Assembly (NCBI RefSeq): GCF_006345805.1
Contig: NC_043012.1
Coordinates: 54,498,001 to 54,562,000, forward strand
Reading direction: 5' to 3'
Length of the DNA stretch: 64,000 nucleotides
Source of the DNA: Octopus sinensis
Taxonomy: Eukaryota
Shown here: in pieces, positions 12,571 through 24,460 of the stretch
Numbering within the stretch: the first letter of the stretch is position 1
How the letters are laid out: each line of letters begins with the position of its first letter
Translations under genes and position numbers: made by a program
Notes under the pieces: generated by a model
The model's database searches: none
Told to the model about the DNA's origin: nothing
Seen by the model: only the letters and a program-made list of their open reading frames with translations

Positions 12571-12659
12571 AATATACCGTAAATGGTCTTTTTACATACT
12601 GAACACTGCTTGGTAAAATTAATAATTACTAATTAATTAATTTTACCCTTATTATTATT

Positions 12660-12705
<46 letters not shown>

Positions 12706-13240
12706 TTGTGTATCTGTGTTTGTCCCCCCAACATTGCTTGGCAACTGATGCTGGTGTGTTTACATCCCCGTAAATTAGTGGTTCGGCAAAAGAGACCGAT
12801 AGAATAAGTACTAGGATTACAAAGAATAAGTCCTGGGGTCGCTTTGCTTGACTAAAGGTGGTGCTCCAGCATGGCCGCAGTCAAATGACTGAAACATGTA
12901 AGGCAACTCTACATTATATATTTACATTAACCGCGGTAGGCAAGCAAAAGTGTGATTGCATATTTGCATCAACCGTTGTCAACAAGTTAATCAACATGTT
13001 CTCTCAGATTCACACATTTATTGCAGCGGTCCTTCAGTTTTCCTAAGCTCTCTAAAAGAATGCAGAAGACTGGGCCTCCAATCAAGCATTTTGCAACACC
13101 CTCAAAGCCAGGAACTTTTTAGTACCTCCTCGTACACACTCACACACACACACACGCAAAACAATGTATTTTCTGCAATACCAAATATACAGCCAATGTT
13201 ACTGTATTTATATTTTGTTATTCTTTTTATTTTTCCACAG

Positions 13241-13305
13241 TATCCCACAATGTATTCAAAAGACTCAAACATGTTCAACTGTATTCAGAGAGTCCACCAG
13301 AACAC
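13241..13305 (+). CDS. MGST3: Microsomal glutathione S-transferase 3 (MAPEG family), internal coding exon YPTMYSKDSNMFNCIQRVHQN(T)
   Basis: ttttccacag acceptor and gtaatt donor; 65 nt, phase 0 to 2; carries the MAPEG motif FNCxQRxHQN as in human MGST3 (YPIMYS...FNCIQRAHQNT). Confidence 0.95.
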
Positions 13306-15889
13306 GTAATTATTTTCTAATTATTAACTTTTATTTACTTTTTATTTCTAAAAATGTATTGATTTTATATTTATTGTTGTGTCATTTAGAAGCTTGTTTT
13401 GTGACCACATTACTTTGGGTTCAATCCCACTACATGTTACCTTGGGCAAGGGCAAGTGTTTTCTACTGTAGCTCCAGGCTGACCAATGCCATGTGAAGGA
13501 ATTTCGTAGATGGAGACTGTGTGGAAGCCTCTCAATATGTGTGTGTTTGTATTTATCCCCACTGCACTGCTTGACAACTTATGTTGGTTTGTTTACTTTC
13601 CTGTAACTTAGTGGTTCAGCAAATGAGACCAATAAAACAAGTACAGGATTTTAAAGAATAAGTTAAGTAAGTAGGTGCAGGTGTGGTGAGAAGCTTGCTT
13701 TCCAACCATGTGGTTCCAGGTTCAGTCTCACTGCAGGGCACCTTGAGCAAATGTCTTCTACTATAGCCTCACGAGTGGATTTGGGAGACAGAAACTGAAA
13801 GAAGCCCATCGTACATGTGTTTGTGTATGCATGTCTTTGTGTCTGTGTTTGTCCCCCATCACCACTTCACAGGCAGTGTTGGTTTATTTACATCCCCGTA
13901 ACTTAGCGGTTTGGCAAAAGAGACCGATAGAATAAGTACCAGGCTTCAGAAATTGAGTCCTAGGGTTGATTTGTTTGACTAAAAAAAAAAATCCTTCAAG
14001 GTGATGCTCCAGCATAGCCGTAGTCAAATGACCGAAACAAGTAAATAAAAAAAGTCCTGAGGTTGATTTGTTCGACTAAAAAGAAAAAAAAAAACCCTTC
14101 AAGGCAGTGCTCCAGCTTGGCCACAGTCAAATGACTGAAACACATGAAAGACGAAAGTTAATTACTGTTTTGTAGGTCGAAGCAGTTACTGCTGCTGCTA
14201 CTACTGCTGCTGCTGCTGTTATTTAACTTCAGGTCTACATTGACCTGAAGTAGATCTATGATTAAAGATACTAATACAAGGATGATCCCTTCTTACTGTG
14301 TTACTAGAATTTAAGGAATTCTTTCTTTCAAGACAGTAGAATGCAGGTCACCAGATCAATTTCCTTTCAAGCAACACAAAACTAACAGAAAATAGCAAAC
14401 TGTGTTAAAAACTTACTGAAAATGACAATTTTGCTTTAAAAAAAAAGTGTAAACAGTTGTCCCTTTGTTTTCATGGTTGACTGGTTCCATGAGTCTCCAT
14501 GCTTATAGAAACTGTAAATTGAGAAGGAAGTCACTTTTATTGTTATTATTTGTAAAAACAATACCCAAAGTAAATTGAAATTCATCATCATCATGCTAGC
14601 CTTCCATGCTAGCATGGGTTGGACAATTTGACTGAGGTCTGGCGAACCAGATGGCTGCACCAGGCTCCAGTCTGATCTGGCAGAGTTTCTACAGCTGGAT
14701 GCCCTTCCTAACGCCAACCACTCCGAGAGTGTAGTGGGTGCTTTTATGTGCCACTGGCACAGGGGGGGCCTGTCAGGCTGTACTGGCAACGGCCATGCTC
14801 AAATGGTGTTTTTTACATGCCACCTGCACAGGAGTCAGTCCAGCGGCACTGGCAACGACCTCGCTTGAATGTTTTGTTCCCGTGCCACCGGCACAAATGC
14901 CAGTGAGGTGACAATCATGCTCAAATGGTGCTTTTTACATGCCACCGGCACAGAAGCCTTTGACTGTGGCCATGCTGGAGCACCGCTTTTAGTCGAGCAA
15001 AGCGACCCCAGGACTTATTCTTTGGAAGCCTAGTACTCATTCTATCGGTCTCTTTTGCCGAAGCTAAGTTACAGGGACGTAAACACACCAGCATTGGTTG
15101 TCAAGCGATGTTGGAGGGACAAACACAGACACACACACACACACATATATATATACATATATATGACAGGCTTCTTTCAGTTTCCATCTACCAAATCCAC
15201 TCACAAGGCTTTGATCGGCCCAAGACTATAGTAGAATACACCCAAGATGCCACACAGTGGGACTTAACATCGAACCATGTGGTTGATAAGCAGCTACTTA
15301 CCACACAGCCACTCCTATGCCTACTTTCTTCATGACATGTAAAAGCCCAGTGACACATCAAAGAAACCTAATACACTCTATGGAGTAGCTGGGATGAGGA
15401 AGGGTATCCAGCTGTAGAAACCAAGCCTAAACAGACTGGAACCTGGTACAGCTCCCTAGCTTACTAGCTTCAGTCAAACTGTCTAACCCATGCCAGCATG
15501 GAAAACAGATGTTAAAATATGATGATGATGAACTCCATAAAGGAAAATAAAAACCAATGTTAACTTTGAAGTGGCTTGAACTAAGAACATAACTATCATC
15601 ATCATCATCATCATTTAACGTCCATTTTCCATGCTAGCATGGGTTGGACGGTTTGCCTGAGGTCTGGGAAGCCAGGAGGCTGCACCAGGCTCCAGTCTGA
15701 TCTGGCAGTGTTTCTATGGCTGGATGCCCTTCCTAACGCCAACCACTCCATGAGTGTAGTGGGTGCTTTTTACGTGCCACTCCACTAGACAGTAAAAATA
15801 TTAAATATATTCTGTATATGAAATAATAAATATTCAACAATTTTTAAAAAGTTTCTATGATTTCTATTATTATTTATTTTTAATTCCAG

Positions 15890-15947
15890 ACTTGAAGGCT
15901 ACCCCATATTCCTTATGCTTCTGGGATTTGCCGGACTCTTTTATCCT
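15890..15947 (+). CDS. MGST3: MGST3 coding exon (T)LEGYPIFLMLLGFAGLFYP
   Basis: ttccag acceptor and gtaaga donor; 58 nt, phase 2 to 0; continues the previous exon in frame; resembles human LEVYPPFLFFLAVGGVYHP. Confidence 0.95.
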
Positions 15948-15996
15948 GTAAGAAATTCACTTTTTTATTATATGTGTGTGCTTGTATGTGTATGTA

Positions 15997-16263
15997 CAGG
16001 GTGTTCATAAATTATCTTTACAACTTCCACAATTGCATTGTATTGAGTAGATGTGTTGTATGCAACCAATGAAGCCCACATGGAAGTGTTCTGAGGTTTC
16101 TAAAAACTTTTTTTTTTTGCATAGTCATGAATTCCCAAAAATTTCCTGAAAATTCCAAAAAATCAAAAAAAGTTATTAGGGGTTGCATGCCATGTGTAAA
16201 ACAGAATTATGCTTTTTTTTTTCTGAATTTTTCTTATTGTAAAGGTAATTTATGGACACCCTG
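15997..16263. mobile_element. Tc1-like MITE
   Basis: TA|CAGGGTGTTCATAAATTATCTTTACA...TGTAAAGGTAATTTATGGACACCCTG|TA. Confidence 0.75.
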
Positions 16264-16498
16264 TATCGTGTGACAGTGACACGTAAAAAACACTCTCTAC
16301 ACTTTTGGAGTGATTAGTGTTAGGAAGAACATCCAGCTGTAGAAACCAAACCAAAACCAGACTGGAACCTGGCACAACTCTCCTGTTTACCAGTTCCAGT
16401 CCAACCAGCTAACCCATGCCAGCATGGGAAACAGATGCTAAATGATGATTACTCTGTTAAATGTAACACTTATTATATATTCACATTGTTTTGAATTA

Positions 16499-17019
16499 TC
16501 GTAAATCCTCGAGTATAATCCACATTTTTTCCCCAAAATCTAAAGGTCAAAATCCCTAGTGCGTACTATATACGAGGTTAAACATGAAAAATATTTTCTA
16601 AGCAATGTCCGAGTCTCTATTTGCTGTCCGGCAATATTTATTCAGATGCATTTTGTGATGTCGGCGTGAAAATACCTTAAGCTTAGCCTGAAAGCAATGA
16701 AGTCATAAAAGAATCATCCATAACTTGCAGTAAGCAACATTTATTAAAATAAAAGTATTCAGAACACAGGATAACATGTAACAAAAACAATTTGCAAACA
16801 TATTCACATTCCTGTATAACAGTTTAAAACATTACCATTATTGTTTTACTCATGCGCGGAAGAGTTTGTTCAACTAGGTGCTGCTGGCTTAATTACACAT
16901 GATTCAAGTTAGAGAAGTGGTGCGTATTATATACAAGGTTTAGGTATTTCAGAGGTACAGCCCCCTAAAAATCCCCTGTGTATTATACTCAAGGGCGTAC
17001 TATACTCGAGGATTTATGG
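16499..17019. mobile_element. Tc1/mariner-pogo-type MITE
   Basis: TA flanks; TIR CCGTAAATCCTCGAGTATA; sister copy at 50631-51091. Confidence 0.8.
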
Positions 17020-17509
17020 TAATCATGAGTTATATCTTGTGGCTTCAAGATTTCGATGATGTCATTGTTTTATATTTAGAATGACATTGTAGGATAGGTA
17101 TGAGAGGCAAGATCTAGTCAGTGTGAACATAAAACAGGTAGAATATTTTGACCAGATATGGCTGGTTTAAATACTAAAAGGTTAAACGAATATAAATTGA
17201 AACATTCCATCAAGGTTTTGAGTAGTATGTCTCATGTTAAGTTATATTCCAAATACCACAATTTATGGCAAGTGATACGAGTAAATTCTTCAAATGATTT
17301 CAAATGAAAGCAGTGTATTTCAATAAAAATAGGGTAACAAAAGGATCCATATGAACAAAAATTTAATTATTTTCTAAAGACTTCATTTTTTTATTATCAT
17401 TATTTTCAAAACTCAAATATAAACTAAAAATATGAAATATGGTACAAATTGGTTAACTAATACCTTTAAGCACTGTTTTTAAACACTTTGTGTCTATTTT
17501 ATTTTGTAG

Positions 17510-17582
17510 ATTGTCTGTACTATTTGTGGAGTTCTGTGGATTGTTGGCAAAGTAATCTATGCTAATGGTTACTACACTGGAG
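17510..17582 (+). CDS. MGST3: MGST3 coding exon IVCTICGVLWIVGKVIYANGYYTG(D)
   Basis: ttttgtag acceptor and gtaaga donor; 73 nt, phase 0 to 1; resembles human WIVGRVLYAYGYYTG. Confidence 0.95.
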
Positions 17583-20059
17583 GTAAGAATATTCTGGAAG
17601 CATTCTTTTATTACAGGTTTCAATCATTAGACTGCAGCCATCACCTACAAGTATCAATCCCAATACTTTGATTCATATTTTATCAATGTCTATCAAATGG
17701 CTAAGTCCACCTTGGCATAAAGGGATGTCACCTGGATAGATAAATAAACTTTTGACCATACCATGCTTTCAGTCCTAGAAATGCAATACTCAAAAGTAGG
17801 TTGGGATGATCATCGGCGGAATGCCTTTGATTATAGATCTGTTCAGTTGGAGCTGACCTGAATTAAAAAACATCAACCGTTATTGTGACTTGCTAAGGCA
17901 GCATGCTGGCAGAATCATTAAAATGTTGGAAAATTGTGTTGTGGTTCTTTATATTTTGAGTTCAAATCTTATCGAGGTTAAATTTGCCTTTTATCTTTGT
18001 AGGATTGGTAAAACGATATACCAATCATGTACTGAGGTCAATGGTATTGATTAACCCTTTCCCTTAAAAACTACAAGCATGGTGTTAGGAAGGGCATCCA
18101 GCCATAAAAAACCATGCCAAAACAGACACAGAAGCCTAGTGTAGTCTTCTACCTGAATGGCTCCTGTCAAACCATCCAACCTCTGCCAGTATGGAAGGCA
18201 GACGTTAAATGATGATGATGATGATGATATTACCTTTATTTCATCACATTCCAAGACGGACTTCTGCCTGTCTAACCCTTCCCTCCATTAGCTAAAACAA
18301 CTGAAATAAAAACTGATAAACAACCGAATTCCCCTTGCTTCTTTCTCTGTTAGCTAAAACAACTGATGACTGCTAACCTTGTATTAAATTACTGGTGGTA
18401 TTTTCTTTATTTCTGAAAGCCGAAATATCTGTTTACAGCCACTAAATGTCAAGATAAACTTCAAACTCCACCAATTTCTTCCGCCCGCCTGATAAGGCTC
18501 AGCTTCCTTGTCTTGAATTGATTGTTGTTTAACCTGAGGTCAGGCTTAATTAAGCTGACCTATGATCAGTTCTACTAAAAATAAATTTCTGATAACTACT
18601 TATATTAATATTACTCCTAAAAATTGAAAACTTTTAGGAGTAATATTATATAAGTGTATATGTCTGAATGAACCAGTGTATGTATGTATGTTATTATTCA
18701 GTTTATTTCAAGATTTCTTGCCAATAGAAAAAGAACCGGTTTCTAACTTAGGTCCAAGGCTCCTTCATTGGAATTTTAACATCAGCAACAGGATATTTTG
18801 TTTGTTTGTGTGTGTGTGTATGTATGTATCACTATCATCATCATTATTTTCCTATGACTTGCACAGCCAGTCATTGGAGCTAGTCCAGATGCTCTGGCAG
18901 TCAGCTGTTGCCAATGACCTTTATCTTTCACTATAAGTGGAAGGATTGTGGTGTCGATGTTTATCTCCTCATCATTTAAAGTCTGTTATCCATGTGGGCA
19001 TGGGTTGGACGGTTTCACTAGGACTTGTAAGCTGGAAGGCTGCACCAAACTCCAGTCTAATTTGACATGGTTTTCTATGGCTGGATGCCCTTCCTAATGC
19101 CAACCACTGAGAGTGTAATGGGTGCTTTTATGTGCCACCAGCAAGGACATGCCACTGACCTATTCTTTGATATTGTCAGACTAAGATTTTCTCTCTCTAT
19201 CTCTTCCTTGCTCTCCTTCATCTGGGTCCTGGAGAATGGGTTTAGACACAAGGGCCTGGTAGGGTACATGTCCTTATGAGGTGAGCTTTTGATATTTCAC
19301 TACAGCGAAGAGTGCTTCCCACCTGCTAGTATATTCATTTATTCTTTTACCTGTTGCAGTCATTAGACTGTGGCCATGCTGGTGCACCATCTTGAAGAAT
19401 TTTAGTCAAATGGATCAATGCTAATACTTTTTTTTATATATTGGTATTTATTCTATCAGTCTCTTTGGTCTGTGTTATTTCATAATTGCTTCTATCTAGA
19501 AATCAAAGGAAGAGACTACTTCAAACTTTGCTTTTGTGACCTGGATCAATGTTTTCAAACTGACCTATTTTCCATTTCACTTCAGACATTCAGCACTGAA
19601 TTGCTGAAGCAGAAATAAATTCCGCCGAGGTCGACTTTGCCTTTCATCCTTTCAGGGTCGATTAAATAAGTACCAGTTATGCACTGGGGTCAAGCCCCTT
19701 GTGGGCAGTAAAGAAACAAGAAATATAGCAAATATTCTGTTCAATACTACAGATTTGCTTGTCAGTTGTTTGACTTTAACCATTTGAGCATTTTCCTTAG
19801 TGGCTGACAATATGTGCATCTCTGATCTTGAGCAGGAGTAGTGGGGGGTGGGGTTGCATCATAGCCATATGTTGAGAAGGATTCTTTGGGGTTTGAATAA
19901 ATGTAACAAAAGCAAAATTTGAAGGAAATATTAGCTATTTTTCATACTCTCTTGGGGTAAGCAAATAGGTAATAAGTTTCTACCCAAGGACAGAAATTGT
20001 GTTATACAGTGTTATTATTATTAGTAGTAGTATCATTGTTATTATTTTCTTTTTTTCAG

Positions 20060-20157
20060 ATCCCGAGAAGCGACGTCCTGGAGCATTAAGCTATTTAGGC
20101 TTGCTGCCCTTACTTGCAATGAGTGTAATGGTAGCAATTCAACTTATTTCTAAGTAA
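20060..20157 (+). CDS. MGST3: MGST3 last coding exon (D)PEKRRPGALSYLGLLPLLAMSVMVAIQLISK*
   Basis: ttttttcag acceptor; phase 1; TAA at 20155-20157; resembles human EPSKRSRGALGSIALL. The four exons total 294 nt in one open frame. Confidence 0.93.
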
Positions 20158-20211
20158 ATCATCCACAAAGATTTTTTTTTAATTTTCACTTATTGTTTTA
20201 AAAGAAAAATG

Positions 20212-20217
20212 AATAAA
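20212..20217 (+). promoter_or_regulatory. Probable MGST3 polyadenylation signal AATAAA
   Basis: First AATAAA, 55 nt after the stop codon; a second one follows within about 20 nt. Confidence 0.5.
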
Positions 20218-20403
20218 ATAACAAATAAATATTTCTTGCAATGTAGGTTATCATTAAAAATATTTTAAAATTACTACTATTAACAAAAATAGTAGTATTG
20301 GCACTACTGAAGCAAGTACTAAAAATTACTACTGTTGTTGTTGTTGTTGTTATTATTGTTATTATTATTATTATCATTATTATTATTATTACTATTATTA
20401 TTA

Positions 20404-21330
20404 AGGTGGTGAGTTGGCAGTATTGTTAGCATGCCATGCAAAATGCTCAGAAGTATTTCTCCTGTTGCTACGTTCTGAGTTCAAATTCTGCCGAGGTCAA
20501 CTTTGCCTTTCATCCTTTCAGGGTCAATTAAATAAGTACCAGTTACGCACTGGAGTTGATGTGATCAACTTAATCCCTTCCCCCAAACTTCAGGCCTTGT
20601 GCCTACAGTAGAAAGGATTATTATTATTATTATTATTGGTAGTGTGGTTGACAGAGCTGGTAGAGAAGTTAGACAAACTGCTTCAAAGAATTTAGTTAGG
20701 GTTTCTCTCTGAGTTCAGATCCTGCTAAGGCCAACCTTGAAACTAATTAATTAGCATGTTGGACAAGATGCTTAGAGGCATTTCACGGCAGAATCTGTCT
20801 CTTTACATTTCCAATTTAAATTCTACTAAAATAGATTTTGCCTTTCATCCTTCCTAGGATAATAAATTAAAGTACCAGTCAGATACTAGGGATGATGGTG
20901 TTGATTAAACACCTCACCTAAAAATTGCTAGCCTCGTGCCAAAATTTGAAGCAATTATTATTATTATTATTATTGTTGTTGTTATATTTAAGCTGGTAAG
21001 CTGGCAGAATCATTAGCACACCAGGTGAAATGCTTAGCGACATTTCGTCTGTCTTCACGTTCTGTGTTCAAATTCCAAAGTCGACTTTGCTCTTCATCCT
21101 TTTGTGGGGTCAATAAGTACCAGTTGAATACTGAAGTCGATGCAAAGAACTTAACCTCTCCCTCGATCTGGCTTGCCTTGTGCCAAAATTATTATTATTA
21201 GATTCCGCCAAGGTCGACTTAGCCTTTCATCCTTTCGGGGTTGATGAAATGAGTACCAGTTAAGTACTGGGGTTGATGTAATTGATTAGCCCCCTTCTGC
21301 AAAATTTCAGGCTTTGTGCCTTTAGTAAAA
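20404..21330 (+). mobile_element. Cluster of SINE family A copies in (ATT)n, downstream of MGST3
   Basis: Four to five head-to-tail copies in one orientation. Confidence 0.85.
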
Positions 21331-24084
21331 AGGATTATTATTATTATTATTAATAATAATAATAATAATAATTATAATAATAAGCATTGTAGTTTTGTCC
21401 CGAAAAAGATTCTGTATATCTATGCAAACAGACAAGAAATATTTAATCACTTTCATTAATATTTTTTCTCTCAAAACATTTATTAATCTATTTCATAATA
21501 TTTACACTGCTGACCATTTTACTTTAATAATTTTTTTCACTGATGGCTTCTTATATTATTCTCAACGACAACAGATTGTGAGTCAATAACCACCATCAAC
21601 CCACTCCATAAAATTAACGAATAAAAAAAATGTTTATCACATTTTCTGTTTATTCTTTATTTTGTTGTTGTTGTTGTTGATTTGTTTCTCAGGGTCAAAG
21701 GTTGTGAGAAAGTAGATGGGAGACAGATTGCCCACCGCCCGACCGAGCAACTATCACACCAACCGGTTTTACAGAACCTGCACAGCGCACACGCATGCAA
21801 ATATTAAATAACAAAACAAATTTCTATTGAAATTTTTTGTGTGTGTATATACCTGTCTTGTTATGGGTATCTGTGTCTGTATGTGTGTGAGTGTGTTTTA
21901 GTCTTTGTTTGTGTGCTTCAGTATGTGTAGTGTGAGTGTCTTCCAGTTTTAACGTGTGCTGGTATGTGTGGACGGGAGAATGTGTATTTGTCAATCTGCG
22001 TGTTAATGTGTCTCTCAACAGAGGTGACCGTGGTAGCATGTTTATGTGTTTGCGTGCACACGCATTCACCTGTGTCTCGTTAGTAAAGTGTGCATGTCTT
22101 TCTCTCACTCTGGGTATATCTATCTCTTTCTCTCTCTCTCTCAGTATGAAAGTTTGAGTCTGTAAAGGTGGCGTGGCTTAGTGGTTAAGGGTATTCAGAT
22201 CACGACCTTACGGTCAGGAGTTCAATTCCAAGTGGTGCATTGGGCACTTGAGCAAGACACTTTACTTCATGTTGCTCCAGTCCATTCAGCTGGCAAAAAT
22301 GAATAGCTCCTGTATTTCAAAGGGCCAGCCTTGTCACATTTTGTCATTCTGAATCTCCCTGACAACCACGTTAAGGGTATGCATATCTGTGGAACGCTCA
22401 GCCACTTGCACATTAATTTCACAAGCAAGCTGTTTCATTGGTTGGATTACCTGGTATCATCGTCGTCATAACTGACAGAATGTCGGGTGTTTTTTTAAGT
22501 TTGAGTCTATCTGTCTATTAGTGTGCTAGTGTCTATGTATGTATGTATGTGTGTGTGTTTCTTTGTGTATCTGTCTCTATAAACCATCTAATCAATAATA
22601 TATTTCTAATTATTAGCTCTATTACTAATTACCAGTCCTGCCATTTGCTAATTAATATCTTTTTGATAACTATTCTATTTGCTAATTACAGAATCTTGAA
22701 TGTTGCTTTTACTACTTCAACTCAGCTACTTTGTTGTAGCTTAGCTATTACTATAATAAGCTGAAGAGGACTAAGAACTCAGCCCTGACATATACCCAGC
22801 CTGCACACTAACTTTCACACTTAACTCACTTTGCTGACACCAACCTGTACAGGTTTGTGTGACTCTCACAAGCCATTTTCTTAGCAAACCATTAGACTTC
22901 AAAGAAGTGTTTCTCAGTCCACTCTGCTGACAAAAATGAGTTGCACCTGTATTTCATGCTGAGAACTACATTAACGGTATGTGTGTCTGTTTAAGGTGGC
23001 AAGCTGGCAGAATCATTAGCACGCCGGGCGAAATGCGTAGCCGTATTTCGTCTGCTGTTATGTTCTGAAGTTCAAATTCCGCCGAGGTCGACTTTGCCTT
23101 TCATCCTTCCGGGGTCAATAAATTAAGTACCAGTTACGCACTGGGGTTGATATAATCGACTTAATCCGTCTGTCCTTGTTTGTCTCCTCTGTGTTTAGCC
23201 CCTTGTGGGTAGTAAAAAAATAGGTATGTGTCTGTGGAGTACTCAGCCACTTGCATGTTAATTTCACTGGAACCCTTGTGCCAGTGAGTGTATCTCAACT
23301 GTTTTTTTCCTCTGGATCCTTTTGGTTCCTATTTTACTTGGATGGGTCCCCATAGCCATTCAATGTTAAAAAAAATCCTGTTATATTTTTATATTGGGTT
23401 GTCCGGAAAGTTTGTGCCAATTTATAGTAGCTTACCTTTCGACTTATTTTAGAACATGGTTGAGTCCATAAAATAGGATTTGACTCTACCTCCATTTAGA
23501 GCACAGTTTAAGCTACCTTTTCGTGGAAGAAGGTTTATGTTCCTATAACCTGTGTCAATTCTGTAATCCTTTAAAATGAAAGATAAGAAAGTTCATTTTT
23601 GGCTCTTGATGTTGTAAGCTGAGGGTCTGCCATTATTATTTTCTGAAACAAAGATTATAATTATACAGAGTCAGCAAAAAATGCAGCAATGACCCCAAAA
23701 AAAGTATCTCCTCAAATACCTTACACACCCTGTATGATGGGATTCTTTCAGTTTCCATCTACCAAATCCACTCACAAAGCTTTGGTTGACCCAAGGCTAT
23801 TGTAGATGACAGTTGCCCAAGGTACCATGCAGTGGGACTGAACCTGGAACCATGTGGTTGGGAGGCAAGCTTCTTACCACACAGCCAAAAAGAAATCAAT
23901 AAATTTTCACAAAAAAAAAACAAAAACAAAAACAAAGAAAAACTTAAAATTGCAAAAAAGTTGAAACTGCCTGAAATTCTCACAAATACTTAACCTTTTC
24001 TATATCAACCCACCCAGAATCATCTCTCATTCTAAGGTTATCTTTACAGATTTTCTATAGCCAGCTGGGTATAATTTCTACAGA

Positions 24085-24460
24085 GGCGTAGGAGTGGCTG
24101 TGTGGTAAGTAGTTTGCTAACCAACCACATGGTTCTGGGTTCAGTCCCATTGCATGGCACCTTGGGCAAGTGTCTTCTACTATAGCCTCGGGTCAACCAA
24201 AGCTTTGGGAGTGGATTTGGTAGATGGAAACTGAAAGAAGCCCACCGTATATATGTATATGTACATGTGTGTCTGTGTTTGTCCCCGCAACATCGCTTGA
24301 CAACCGATGCTTGTGTGTTTACGTCCCCATAGCGGTTTGGCAAAAAGAGACCGATAGAATAAGTACTAGGCTTACAAAGAATAAGTCCTGGGGTTGATTT
24401 GCTCGACTAAAGGTGGTGCTCCAGCATGGCTACAGTCAAATGACTGAAACAAGTAAAAGA
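24085..24460 (+). mobile_element. tRNA-derived SINE family B, ~400 bp with an internal TA/TG tract (representative; also near 11310, 12250, 13675, 14960, 32960, 47070, 53975, 56060, 59805, 62090)
   Basis: GGAGTGGCTGTGTGGTAAG head, GGTTCAGTCCC B-box-like motif and CAGTCAAATGACTGAAACAAGTAAAAGAG tail in more than ten copies. Confidence 0.9.
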
